Shown piece after piece: positions 11,562 to 25,573 of a stretch of DNA of 64,000 nt. The position numbers and the translations under genes were made by a program. The notes beneath the pieces are model-generated. The model ran no database searches and was not told the DNA's origin. It worked only from the letters and a program-made list of their open reading frames with translations. Each line of letters opens with the position of its first letter. Within the stretch, counting starts at the first letter, position 1. This DNA comes from Eledone cirrhosa (taxonomy: Eukaryota), in the NCBI GenBank assembly GCA_964016885.1, contig OZ024747.1, positions 2,852,001-2,916,000 of the forward strand, read 5' to 3'.

Positions 11562-13719
11562 ACCTAAAACTGACATGAAATAGACTTGAGTCTATATAGA
11601 ATATGGCATGATGTAAATGGATTTTGTAAATGTTATATAGCAGATTCTTTCAGCATGTAACAATGTAAGGCAATAGGATTTAAAGTGACAACAGTGTGAA
11701 AGTAGGGTGAGGGAAGATAAGGAAGAGATTGAAGTTAATATTAGTGTTTTATCATAATCATCGGTTTTACATCAACTTTTCCATACTTTTTGAGACAATG
11801 TTTTATAACCAGATGCTTTTCCTAACATCAACTCTTTTAGATGCTTATTATGACACAGAGAGTTTTGAAGTCGTGTATATCTAGTTTAAAATATGTACAC
11901 CATATTTTAAACCAGATATACACGGCTTCCAAACTCAAGCTAATGAGAGAGTTATATGTAGTTCAACCTCCTTCAAACCCAACCCTATCATCTTAAAAGA
12001 AAATTGAAAAGCACATTAAATAATTTAGTTATGATACACTATTCCTGAAAATATGATGGGGTGGTCATGACTGGCTGCCTTTGATCATGGGTCTGTTTGA
12101 TCAGGAACTAAACACCAACAATATAGTTTGAATATTTTTTATTCCATACTCTAGTCCCAATACTTTCAATAGAAGACAACTACCCTCCACACGCATACAT
12201 TAATTATATCACAAATTCTAGGACTATACTGAAAGACTAACATTTCTTTTTTGCTGTGAATGTTTTTATTAGGTTTGTAGTAGTTGCTTTAATATTTCAT
12301 TTATTTGTTTTTTAAATCATTATAGTTGAGTTGCTAGGATGCCAAACAAAACACAACATTGTACCCCAAAACAATTAAAACTTAATATCTTTGCCACAGT
12401 CTTCCTAAAGAAAAGTTTCCATGGTTGAATGTTTTGCCTCCAATGCAGACATTATTCAGACTTATTAATCGATCCTACCCATGCTTTTTCAAACCAGAAG
12501 CAGGTATAAAATGAAAACAAAGATAATAGAAAAAAAATATTATTAATAATAATTTCTCATTATATAAAAAGAACTAAATAAAATACAAGTTTTGCTATGA
12601 AATTCCTCTTATAAGTGAGGTCATTTCCATTATCTCTGAAGGCGCTACATGAAAGTGAATATTTTTATTGATTTAGTAAATTCATTGTAATACTGTTCAG
12701 ATACGGTATTGTTATTTATGCACTGAAACGTTTGGGTCATATAAGGGTTATTCAATATACAAAATCTTACCATATATTTCCTATTAAAGAACAATAAAGA
12801 AAACCACTTAACTATATTATATTCTGGCAAGTGTTATTTAAAAGATTATAATAATTTTCCCTATGTTAACGTCAGTTTTATGACAGATATAAATATATTT
12901 GGCAAAAGACATTACAATGGAATGCTCAGCTGGTAAAATTTGACAAGCAGGACTTTTTTATGCAGCATCACATTGGCAGGGAGAAACTACCTCTGAAACC
13001 ACTGAGATGGAAATAACAGAAGACTAAAAACACAAAGCTGCATCACTTGGTGAATTTAAATTAGAAACATTATAGTAATCTATTCAAGTAGTGGATTATA
13101 TAGCAGAACAAGCAGGAGTAATGAGATTTTCACTAGACTCATCAGTCATCTTAATAAACCAATGGAATTAAAGTAGCTTCTAAAACTACTTATTGATATA
13201 AAAAAAATTTTTCTATTAAAAAATAAATTACTACAGATATAAACCTATATAAGAAAGTCTATTACAAAATAACAAATATAATGAAATCATTAAAAACTAA
13301 TTAATATTACCATAGATTGTTTTTTTTCCTTCTTTCAATCTTTTTTGTTTTCCGTATGAGACTGGGTTGGATGTTTCTGCAAATATATATATTTACAAAC
13401 ATTGTTGTAAGCTCATTATAATGCCAGATACTCAAGTAATCAACTAACTTCAGTAAACTATGTAATGGCTCTTATATTATAAAAGGCAACATATATTTAT
13501 GGGAACCTATGTTTCAACATCATCATCATCATTGTTATTTCCAAAGACCAGCTTAATAATGGTTTCTGGTTTAGGCACAAGGCCACCGATTTTGGGGGAG
13601 GGGAAAGTCGATTAAATCGACCCCAGTTCATTACTTGTACTTTATATTATTGATCACATAAGAAGGAAAGGCAAAGCAAACCTCTACAGGATTTGAACTC
13701 AGAAGGTAACTCTATGCTG

Positions 13720-14140
13720 TGTGTGACACTCTATAGTGTGTGACACTCTACAGTGTGTGACACTCTACAGTGTGTGACACTCTACAGTGTGTGACACTCT
13801 ACAGTGTGTGACACTACAGTGTGTGACACTCTACAGTGTGTGACACTCTACAGTGTGTGACACTCTACAGTGTGTGACACTCTACAGTGTGTGACACTCT
13901 ACAGTGTGTGACACTCTACAGTGTGTGACACTCTACAGTGTGTGACGCTCTACAGTGTGTGACACTCTACAGTGTGTGACGCTCTACAGTGTGTGACACT
14001 CTACAGTGTGTGACACTCTACAGTGTGTGACACTCTACAGTGTGTAACACTCTACAGTGTGTGACACTCTACAGTGTGTGACACTCTACAGTGTGTGACA
14101 CTCTACAGTGTGTGACACTCTACAGTGTGTGACACTCTAC
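13720..14140. repeat. 17-bp minisatellite (GTGTGTGACACTCTACA), ~25 copies, inside a family A SINE (13558-14163)
   Basis: Direct reading; SINE body to the left, SINE head TACTGCCAATCCACTGCCC to the right. Confidence 0.95.
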
Positions 14141-15490
14141 TTATACTGCCAATCCACTGCCCTAGACCAACTCAAGAATGAAAACTATATTTATTTTCCT
14201 CAATAGATTTGATTATTTAGAAAATTATAGCTATGTATTTTGTATATGTTCACAATTGGGTTAAAGAGAGATAAAAGAAAACAACAACAACAGTAACAAC
14301 ACCAACATGAGGAATATTAGGCAAATTTGTAAATATTTAATTAGTTCTTTTACTGTTTTACTGGTTTAGTCATTAGACTGCAGCTATGTTGTGACACTGT
14401 TATGATTTAGTCCATCATATCAACCCTAGTACTTCTTTAGATATGGTACATATTTTATCAAGATCATTTTATCAAACTGCTAAGTTATAGGACATAAACC
14501 ATAAACACAGACACACATGTAAACATAGAAATATAATATATATCATCATCATTGTTTTATGTTTATTTTCGATATTTGCATAGGTTAGATGGATTGTTAT
14601 GCACTGACGCTAGACACACAGGTCAGACGACTGTGTCTTGCTCATATGTTCCATTTGGGCATGGTTTCTACAGCTGTACACCCATCCTAATGCCAACCAC
14701 TTCACAACATGTAGCAGGTTTCTTTTCTTATGGCACCATCACTACTACCTGACAGTGTAGATTGAGTGTTTTATTCCTGGCTCCAGCACTACCACTTTTT
14801 TTTTATTAAAATATTAATTATTTTGCTATACTAAGATAGTAACTTAATATAAGCTACTGATATTATATATAGCACTGATTTTAATTTAAATAGGAACCAT
14901 TTAAAATGGCTGTCTTAGTTTCAGAGAACCAAAGGTAGTTTTGTTCAAGTCAGTATCAAAACTTTTAAAGCTGGTGGATCAATGTCTTAATTGGCCAGTT
15001 AGCCTGATCGAACAATTGGATAAACAGTTAAGGACCACTATGTATTACAAAGAAAACAATTTAAAAAAAAACTTCATCTAAAAGCATGGCACCAGATAAT
15101 AGACAAAGACTTTACTGAACGAACTCTTGTGTAAATAGAAACACAAAAATGAGGCTGGTAATTCAATCAATGCAGCCTACAATAACTAATCTATATTTGG
15201 TGTTCAAATGATGGATATTTTGAAGACAGGTTTTAACAACAAAACACAAACAGATACATATACACAGAAATACACATTCACACAAAGATCATATATTTTG
15301 ACTGTCAGTTAACTTTAAAATAAATGTGATGTTAAATGCATTATTAATGCCTTTAAGAGAAATTATAGTTATTAACACAAGAAGCTAAGAGTTAACACAT
15401 GAATTCTTATAAATAACTTTCCTAATGTTAGTCTGGGGCTATTTTTATAGCCACTTTTATTGTTAAAATAAGATTATACATACATGCATA

Positions 15491-15569
<79 letters not shown>

Positions 15570-15620
15570 ATATATATATATACATATATATATATGCATA
15601 TATATATATATATATATATT

Positions 15621-15661
<41 letters not shown>

Positions 15662-16200
15662 ATGCAAGATATTTTTCATCTTTCTGCTACCTTTGCTTTT
15701 TATAACAAATCATTATTTTCCGTTCTGTTTTCCAAGTTTGTAAGACTTAAATACTATTAAACAGGAGTCTATTCTAATTCTGACAGTCTAAAATAAACTT
15801 CCATAACTATTGAAGCATTTCTTATTTAAACCTAATCCATGTATTAACAATTTGAAACATCTTAATAGACAGCAATGGCTGTGTAGTTAAGAAGTTCACT
15901 TTGCAAGCATAAGGGTGCATATTTGTAAACACTGCATGGTACCAAGGATGAGTGTCTCCTACTATTGCCTCAGACAGACCAATGCCTTGTGAATTTGGAA
16001 GATTGAAATTGTATAGAAACCATTGTGTCTATCTATGTATCTATCTATCTACATATATATAAATATATATACACATATATATATATATACATTTATATAT
16101 GTATGTAAAAGGTAAACAGAAATAACAACACAATCAGTACAGTATATGGAAGGGATATATTAGGTTAACGCTTGTTATATATATATATATATATATATAT

Positions 16201-16372
16201 ATAGGAACAAGTAAGACCCCGACGGCTGAGCTCAAGCCGTTTCGACGGCTAATTCAGTCCAGAATTAGCCTTCGGGGTCTTACTTGTTCCTATTACCCAC
16301 TCTACTACCCTAAGTATTGAGTACTTTGGTGCGTTATGGTCCACCTGGTTCCTTACCACATTTCCTTCGTTA
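16201..16372. mobile_element. Second copy of the 25574 fold-back element with internal deletions
   Basis: Same outer ends (ATAGGAAC.. / ..CCTTCGTTATA) and tail; lacks the GAAA-stem III segment of the plus arm. Confidence 0.8.
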
Positions 16373-16460
16373 TATATATATATATATATATATATAAGAA
16401 TATTTCACTCTACATGGCTGAACACAATAAATGTAATCTGAGTTTTTCGAATATTAATAA

Positions 16461-16648
16461 TTGTTTCTACTTTTGGCACAAGGCCAGCAATTTACCCAAT
16501 GCATTACTGGTACTTTATTCTATCGACCCCGTAAGGGTGAAAGGCAAAGTTAACCTCGGCAGGATTTGAACTCAGATCATACAGGGAGGTAACTCTATGC
16601 TTCAAAGCATGGCATCTGATCCTCTACCGATACTGCCAATCCACCGCC
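16461..16648 (-). mobile_element. tRNA-derived SINE (family A, Nin/Deu-like central domain), full length with 17-bp TSD
   Basis: A box TGGCAGTATCGG, B box GAGTTCAAATCC, central GCCTTTCACCCTTACGGGGTCGATA..AGTACCAG; TSD TTTTCGAATATTAATAA at 16444-16460 and 16649-16665. About 25 copies in the window (e.g. 17950, 21077, 23385, 23650, 24343, 25341, 26510, 27125, 28327, 31141, 31651, 47449, 47940, 56330, 58057). Confidence 0.92.
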
Positions 16649-16793
16649 TTTTCGAATATTAATAACATTCAATTCGTTTGCAATTATGCAAACAAGCCTC
16701 AATTTTATAGCCATGTCAGTAGAATGAACACTTCATTCTTGCTCTTGTGTTGGTATGCGAACAGAACTGCAAACACTAATGTTTCTGGGTAGT

Positions 16794-17283
16794 ACCCTTC
16801 ACCAGTACAGCTTACTGTTCACCTACCAAACTGTCAGAGCTAGTGAAAATATATGCTATTTTCAAAAATACACAGTGACTGATTGGCCTGATTTGCATAT
16901 TAGCAGACTGGCTGATTAGTCAGATCTGCATATTAGCAGATCCACTAATCAGCCAGATTTGCATATCAGAAGTCTGGCCAGTCAATTTCCTGTATACAAG
17001 CGATAAATGGCCAACTTTGCCAAATTCAAATAAAAAAGAAAATTTCGCTCTACATGGCTGAATACAATAAATGTAATCTGAGTTATCGCTCGTATACAGG
17101 AAACTGACTGGCCAGTTTGGTGATATGCAAATCTAGCTGATCAGTGGATCTGCTAATATGCAGATCGACTGATCAGCCAGTCTGCTAATATGCAAATCAG
17201 CCGATCAGTCACTGTGTATTTTTGAAAATAGCATATATTTCACTCGCTCTGACAGTTTGGCAGGTACTGTACTGATGAAGGGT
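16794..17283. mobile_element. MITE-like fold-back element with ~200-bp TIRs carrying ~33-bp subterminal repeats
   Basis: 16794-17005 pairs with 17083-17283; ends ACCCTTCAYCAGTACAG; no clear TSD. Confidence 0.75.
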
Positions 17284-17289
17284 GGGGAT

Positions 17290-17850
17290 TGTGAAGAGGA
17301 CCAACTGGAGAGTGAGGCCTCTGCTTTGAGTGAACACCTTACTGTCAGGGCTCGTTTCTATGCGCTGCTCAAATTGAAGCACTGCCTTTTTTGTCACCTG
17401 TTTGAGGTGGTTGGACGATCTATTTCGCCTCTTCCTATTAATGTCTGATTTGTGAAGTTTGTACTCACGTTCAGCATTGCGCCGTTCTCTTTGGCAAGAT
17501 GGACTGTTGCAGTCTCCCAAATTGCACTTTTGGGATGTTTTTTCCGCTTACGTGGCACTGATGCTGCACATGCTGTCCATATTGAGCTCAGGATGTTCTG
17601 GAGTACAGTGTTGACATCCCCAGAGTCATAGAACTCAAGCCAGTTTGGCCGTTACAACTCGGTGCAGTAACAGTTCCAGTCTGCTTTATTCCAGTCAAAG
17701 TGAGCAGTTTGGAGATGGTTGTGGTTCTTGTTACTGCCCATGAGGGATAGATTGGCAATGATCATAGCATGATCAGAGTCACCTAAAGGTTCCACAGCAG
17801 TAACACTAATGACCGTTTCAGGTCATTAGTAGAAATAAGGTAAGGTTTGG
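17290..17850 (-). pseudogene. CR1/Jockey-like LINE ORF2 fragment (end of APE endonuclease + linker)
   Basis: EPLGDSDHAMI...FDWNKADW..L*RPNW...SVPRKRKK..W. Confidence 0.75.
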
Positions 17851-18481
17851 CATCAAGGTGGATGTAATGCCTCAAAATACTGGCCCCAAAAGATTTCATC
17901 CAACCCATACCAGTAGGAAAAGGTAAATATAAAAATGTTCATGGTGTTAATAATGATTTCTTATATAGGCACAATGCCAGCAATTTTTTTGGGGGGGAGG
18001 GGAAAGTCGATTAAATCGACCCCAGTGTGTGACTGGTCTTTATTTTATCGACCCCGAAAGGATGAAAGTTAACCTTGGTGGGATTTGAACTCAGATCATA
18101 AGGGGCCGTAACTCTATGCTGCAAAGCATGGCGTTAATAATGAGGATGATGCTAATGAATGGTATTGATTTCTTAATTTTAACTCAGTTATTTTCATTAA
18201 ACTTTAATTTCTACATAAATAACAGCTGCAATATTTTGAGTTACTTAAACTAAAACTAAATGGCAATTAAATAACTTTGGTTTTATTTTCCAATGAAAAA
18301 TAAATTGAATGGAAAAAATAAAACTGAGAATAGTTAGAAAAGAAATATAATAGCTATGAATACTATAGAAATAGATTTATTGTTGTTGTTGCTGTCATTG
18401 TTGCTGTAGTTGTTTTTATGAGCCAGTGTGGTAGAAAAGAGCTGTAAACCATTGCAGCTGGTCTTTCTAGAACCTCAGTGT

Positions 18482-18860
18482 ATTACTGGTACTTTATTTT
18501 ATCGGCCTTGAAAAGCAAAGTTAACCCCAGCAGAATTTGAATTCAGAATGTAAAAGGGACGTAACTCTATGTCACCAAGCATGTTGTCCAATGCTCTACC
18601 GATTCTACCAATCTATCACCCTCTTACACAATGGTAACAATGGTAGTAGAAAGAGTAGCTTACTATAACAGATTTAGTCAGATCAACAAAACTGAAAACT
18701 AAAAATTAGAGATTCTTATGAAATACTTCATACCCTATGGTGTCTTTAAAGGTAAATATATCACTGCTAGTATTAATATTGGTGTTGTTGCTGAAGTATC
18801 TACTAATGCTACTACTACTACTACTACTACTGGTGCTGCTGCTACTGCTACTACTGCTAC
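18482..18860. repeat. Inverted duplicate of ~60500-60881
   Basis: About 330 bp of SINE + unique sequence, then the microsatellite start; two substitutions seen. Confidence 0.93.
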
Positions 18861-18880
18861 TGCTACTACTACTACTAATG

Positions 18881-18927
<47 letters not shown>

Positions 18928-18934
18928 GGTGGTG

Positions 18935-18981
<47 letters not shown>

Positions 18982-18988
18982 GGTGGTG

Positions 18989-19026
<38 letters not shown>

Positions 19027-19033
19027 GGTGGTG

Positions 19034-19089
<56 letters not shown>

Positions 19090-19105
19090 GGTGCTGCTGC
19101 TACTG

Positions 19106-19141
<36 letters not shown>

Positions 19142-19144
19142 ATG

Positions 19145-19194
<50 letters not shown>

Positions 19195-19201
19195 GGTGGT
19201 G

Positions 19202-19257
<56 letters not shown>

Positions 19258-19333
19258 GGTGCTGCTACTACTACTACTACTGGTGCTGCTACTACTACTT
19301 CTACTACTACTACTACTGGTGCTGCTGCTACTG

Positions 19334-19380
<47 letters not shown>

Positions 19381-19387
19381 GGTGCTG

Positions 19388-19443
<56 letters not shown>

Positions 19444-19478
19444 GGTGCTGCTACTACTACTACTACTACTACTACTAG

Positions 19479-19524
<46 letters not shown>

Positions 19525-19529
19525 GGTGG

Positions 19530-19584
<55 letters not shown>

Positions 19585-19586
19585 GG

Positions 19587-19662
<76 letters not shown>

Positions 19663-19669
19663 GGTGCTG

Positions 19670-19757
<88 letters not shown>
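18800..19757. repeat. (CTA)n microsatellite with GGT/GCT interruptions
   Basis: Direct reading; source of the poly-T/L/S ORFs. Confidence 0.97.
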
Positions 19758-20729
19758 AAGTAGTAGTAGTAGCAGGAAAAAAATCTGAAAAATTAATAAG
19801 AAGTGAGGACAATTTATTCGAGACCCAAATGTACCAGGGATGATTTAATCAACTTTGCTGGCCTTGTGCCTAAATTAGAAATCAATATTTATTCCATCTC
19901 TGATGTTAAAGTTGAAATTCAATTTCCCCAAACCTATTCCTCCTTGATGCTTCAATCTTAACATCTAATTTCTACTGACCTTTGTTGTGACTGGTTGACG
20001 CACTTATTGTTGAATTAATGTTTTTGCTTTCTCTCACTTTCATTATATATGTTTGTGTATTATATTTCTAAAGTTCCTAGCAATAACTAATTGATTATAT
20101 GTATTTACTTCTATTTAATCTTATATATTTGTTATATGGTAATAAAAATGTCTTTTATGGTTAGGCAAAAGAAAAAAAAAATTTTTGGCAGAAAATATCT
20201 AAAGATTAGTTTGTTAGTTCAAATTTTTATAGCATCTTTACTAGTACACAGACTATAGTGAACCTTTGTAGCATTAAAGTAAAGACTTTAATTAGTAATC
20301 TCATATGGTCATTGAGGTGTTTCGTATTTTTTAAGAATGTTTAGCAAATGCAGATTCACATGGTGCAAGACATTAAGTAGGAATCCTTTAGTTACCAACC
20401 CAGTTAAAACTGGCTCTGGTTCTATGAAATATAACCACCTATTTTAAAGGTTTCGAAGACTAGGAAGGCTGCCATGCCCTTTACAAGACTGGAGGGTCCT
20501 CCTGACCCTTTGTCTAAAAGTAACATGTCTATAAAGAGAAACATACAGAGAGCCTATATACTTGTTTGATAATAAATATCAGTTGATATCAAAGAAATAA
20601 GTTTGAAAAATAAAAGAGATTTTAAGATAACCTTCACATGACATCAATTAACAAGTATCACTTAACTGTGTTTTGCTAAGATTTAATTGTGATATAAAAT
20701 ATATTTAAAGAATTAATCAACATTTTTTC

Positions 20730-21010
20730 AGAAACATTTTTTCATGCTCTGAGTTGCTGAAACATGGAACAAACTCCCTGCATCAGTTGTTAGCTGTCGA
20801 GACACTGCATCCTTTAAGACCTCCATCTTCCTGAGATTCTCCACACTGTACCTAATATTCCTCCTCCATACACACGCACACATGTATATCATGACTCAAA
20901 CACTATTCACTTCCCTGACATTTGTATCTTATTCTATGTTCTATACATGCACCTTTGATGAGTTGTAGTGCACCTGAGCACTGTACACAATAATTTCATT
21001 ATTTTTATAT
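20730..21010 (+). mobile_element. CR1-like LINE 3' end
   Basis: HFFMLxVAETWNKLPASVVSC..SFK, 3' hairpin GTGCACCTGAGCAC and (ATT) tail. Second copy at 24963-25262 (-). Confidence 0.75.
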
Positions 21011-21919
21011 TATATTTGCAAATTATTTGAATCAATTGTGGGAAAAAGTTATTATTATAGTGTTACTGGAAGTGCCGTGGATTAGTAGAATTGTTAGTGT
21101 GTGAAACACCATGCTTCACAGCATAAAGTTATGGCCCTTTACACTCTGAGTTCAAAGCCCAACAAGGTTAGCTTTGCTTTTCATCCTTACAAGGTTGATA
21201 AAATTAATTACCAGTAATGCACTGAGGTTGGTTTAATGACTTTCCCCTTCCCCCAAATTATTGGCCTTGTGCCTAAATCAGAAACTATTATGAAGTTACT
21301 GGAGGATACACAAACAATGGGTGGGGTGAGGGTAGGGGGTGGGGGTGGGTCTCTGTAGTGCAAAAATTATAAAAGATTCCAAAAACTAGAATACCTTCCT
21401 TGCTGTTTTACTACCAACTGCCTCATTGTAGTAAGAATGATTTCCTTCACAAAATAATGTTTTGCTAAAAGATTAGATTATTAAAGAATGAGTGTTTTCT
21501 TAGAAAATGAAATTATGAGAGGAGAACATTTCATAATGCAAGTGAAGTCGGGTGTGACTGTGATGAAATTAGGTAGAATAAACAAAACATTGGTTTCTGT
21601 TGCATACATTTACATTCTTATTTAATCAAGTTTCTGAGATGTTACATCTTACCTAATGATAGATATAAAAGTTATTGTAAGATATTATATCTGTTTATCT
21701 AATCTATAAAAAGATAAATAATACCTTTTCATTGTGCCCAGGAAAACACTTTCACATTTTACTCAGGAAAACACCTATTTTGTTGTTTCTATTTTTCAAA
21801 AGAAAGCATTTTCATTTTGTAATTTCCTTTGATATGTAACACATGAACACATAACAAGCTAAATAATATTATAGATGTTTATATTAATATTAATATCTTA
21901 TTTATCTATATGTATTTTG

Positions 21920-22300
21920 GACTCTTCCGTATACATAGGAAGCAATATCATATCCACAGAAAAAAAATGTAAAAATTCATCTCCCAAAAACATTTTATTC
22001 TCAATGGACTCAGTGTCTCAGGAAGTCATCACTATCTTAGAAGTTCTTCTGTGCCATTGTAGAATCAGTGCTATTTTATAGGTCCACTGCCTGAATACTT
22101 AATAAACACTTAGAGACAAGGCTTGATGATGCTTACACCGGCATGTTACAGGGTGGTCTGAATATCTCCTTAAAAAGAATTTAACATTGCAATGACTACA
22201 ATAATCCTTTTACAATCACTAATGTTATTAAAGGGAGATGAATGTATTTTGTTGAAGAGCTTAGCAAGAACACTTTAGTAATATAAACCTATGGACATCA
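21920..22300 (+). pseudogene. Old RTE-like LINE RT/thumb fragment
   Basis: VYIGSNI...IVESVLFYRSTA*..LETRLDDAYTGMLQGGLNIS. Confidence 0.65.
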
Positions 22301-25300
22301 CAAACATGGAAATATATTCCACTCAGTATTTTTCCTATATAAAAGGGGTCCAACATGACCTTTACGTTGATGGTTAGGTGTGATTTGAGGAAGATTTGGT
22401 TACTATTTCTAGTCCAGAGCTAGATTTGTTAAGTGTGGGGCTTATAGCATGTTGGACCCAAATTTAAAAATACTGAAAAAAAAGTGGTGGTCAAGAGGAC
22501 CCTTCAATGATACCACTATAGTGATGTGATCTACATGGTAAATACAGCCAGTATTTGCTGTAAAGTGGTTGGTGTTATGAAGGGCATTCAGCCATAGAAA
22601 GATTGCCAAAGAAAGGGTTGGGAAGACCCCTCAGGTGTGTCAAAGACATGATGACCTCTACTGTGCACTCGGTAGAATGTGAAACCATACATAAGCAAGA
22701 TGTAGATCCCTGATCTGTCTGATGTAGATGAGCAGCCCCTGCTTCAGTACTGTCTTGGTCTATGTAGACCCATCCAACCCTTGCTAGCAGGGAAAGCAGA
22801 TGTTAAAATGATGGGGATGATGACTGAATGTGTATATACTTTTTTTAGTTATTGTTGAAAACAATTTAAAATTGAGAAGAAAATTTGAAGTAGGTTAATT
22901 TAGTTTTTTAAAATACTAATTTGTTTTCTTTCTACCATTTTGGACTTAATGAAGTGTATTTCATACTTCTTAATTACCATGTTGCCAAAGTAATCGAATT
23001 CAGAGAAAGAATAACTCTTTCCAGAATGAAAGACAGAGTAAAGCCAAATAATCAAGATGGCTGAACACTAGTAATTTCGTCTTCTTCTTCTGTAATGGCC
23101 TACTTGTGTTGATATTTTGTTAGTTTTGTCCATGACTAACATTCATGTTATATCATTTCTTCTTCTTCTTGGGGGGATCTTCAGACAGACCTTCCAGAAG
23201 GCCCTACTAGAAGCATCCATCTTCAAATGATTCAGCTGGTTCCCTAAATGAGACCATCCTCTTGCTCTCCTGCCAGTGGCTTTGTCCATAAACTATGTTT
23301 AATGATTCTTTCCTTAGACATTCTAACCACATATCTATAATAGTGTAGCTGTAATCGATGGCTCATAAGGCATCTGTTGTTCACTGGATTGGCAGTATAG
23401 GTAGAGGGTCGGACGCCATGCTTTGCAGGATAGAGTTACGTCCCTTTATGGTCTGAGTTCAAATCCCACCGAGGTTAACTTTGCCTTTCATCCTTACAGG
23501 GTCAATAACATAAAGTACCAGTAATACACTGGGATAATTGCTGGCCTTGTGCCCAAAGTAGAAACAATTATACAAGACATGATCATTGTTTTGTATCTTG
23601 CCCGATGCTCTACTGATACCGCCAATCCACCATCCTAGTTACCTAACTAATAACAGTTTTTGATTTAGGCACAAAGCCAACAATTTTAGGGGAGGCAAAA
23701 GTCAAATAAATCGGCCCCAATGCATTACTGGTACTTTATCGATCCCATAAAGATAAAAGGCAAAACTAACCTCAGTGGGATTTGAACTCAGAATATAAAG
23801 TCCCATAGCTATACGTTGCCAAACATATTATCTGACACTCTACCAATATTGTCACTCCAATACCCTGCTCTTATACAAATAATTGTTTCTACTTTTGGCA
23901 CAAGGCCAGCAATTGCCCAGTGTATTACTGGTACTTTATTTTATTGACCTTGTAAGGATGAAAGGCAGGATTTGAACTCAGATCATAAAGGTCTGTACAA
24001 ATAATAATTAATGATAACGAGTCCTCAAGCTAATACTGTTTTGATTATTAATTTTTTTGTCTTTCTTATCTTATCTAAAATTGTTGCTTGTAATTTTGAC
24101 TTAATACTTTAGCATTTAAACCGACTGTATCCAGCCAGAATTCTCTTGCCTCTTTCTCTTCCAACCAGCTGTAATTGGCCACTTACACTGATGTTAAGGT
24201 ATTGTTCTCAAAATCTCATAGATTCGATATTATGTGAGGTAAATCCTTTACTGTGAAAATACAATAATATATAGAGAGTAATGTAACTGTTAAAGGTTTA
24301 ACTGAATGTTTTTGTTTAAGTAGCTTTATTATTTTTGGTTCAAGGGTGGTGGATTGGCAGTATCGATAGAGGGTCGGACGCCATACTTTGACGCATAGAG
24401 TTACAGCCCTTGCCATTCTGAGTTCAAATCCTGCTGAGGTTAACTTTGCCTTTCATCCTTATGGGGTTGATAAAATAAAGTACCAGTAATACACTGGGTT
24501 ATTGCTGGCCTTGTGCTAAAAGTAGAAACAATTATTCTATCAAACCAATAAGAATGAAAGGCAAGGCTAACTTTGGCAGGATTTGAACTCAGAACGTAAA
24601 GGGACGTAACTATATACCACAAAGCATTGTCCTCACTCTTGTAATACTGTCAATTAATCTTTGTGGTCAAAATAAAGTATCTGTCAAATACTGGGGTGGG
24701 ACCAGTTTTCTTAGCTTTACCCTTTCTTCACAAAAAAATGTGTACAAATGTTAGAAATCAATATTGATTTACATGTTTGTAGCTCTTCTGGTAGAAATAA
24801 ATCAATATATATATAATCACCCTGTAAAACAAACTTCCATTTTCTTATCCACCATTCAGTAACATCCATACACACTGAGTTTGCTCCCTTCCATCTGAAA
24901 TATGTTGTTAGCGATTTTTATAATATAACTTTAGTTGCAGTTCTTGTTATCATTTAAATAAAATGAATAATAAAAATTATTGTGTACAGTGTTCAGGTGC
25001 ACAACTCATCAAAGGTGCATGTATAGTATATAGAATAAGGTAGAAAAGTCAGTAAAATGAACAGTGTATGAGTCATGATATATATACACAGACACACACA
25101 CACATGTGTATGGAAGGGGAATACCAGGGGTAGTGTTGGAGAATTTTGGGAAGCATGGAATTTTGAAGTTTGCAATATCCTGCCACCTAACAACTGATTC
25201 AGATAGTTTGTTCCTTGCTTCAGCAACTCTGAGCATAAACAAATGTTGCCAATGATTCCCTTTCAATTTACCATATGGTAATTTCTTGAAATTAATTTAT

Positions 25301-25573
25301 GACCACCTTGCTTTATTCCGTGATTTGGGTTTTTAACCAATGGTGGTTTGATTAGCAGAATCGGTAGAGCATCAGACAACATGATTAGCAGCATAGAATT
25401 ATGGCACTTTACATTCTGAGTTCAAATCCCACCGAGTTTAATTTTGCTTTTCATCCTTACGGGGTCGATAGAATAAAGTACCAGTAATGCACTTTCCCCT
25501 CCCCAAAGATTGTTGGCCTTGTGCCTAAAGTAGAAACAGTTATTTTTCATTGTATATATACATATATATATAT

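Noticed and set aside
13110-13150. CTGATGA..GAAA on the minus strand; similar at 43757 (+), 17272 (+) and 32570 (+)
   Set aside because: Stem I and/or stem II cannot be formed convincingly.
18706-19843. 350-370 aa poly-Thr (mucin-like), poly-Ser and poly-Leu ORFs; likewise 59914-60645
   Set aside because: Open in several frames on both strands of a (CTA)n tract, with no signal peptide or splice evidence. The shared N-terminus reflects the DNA duplication.
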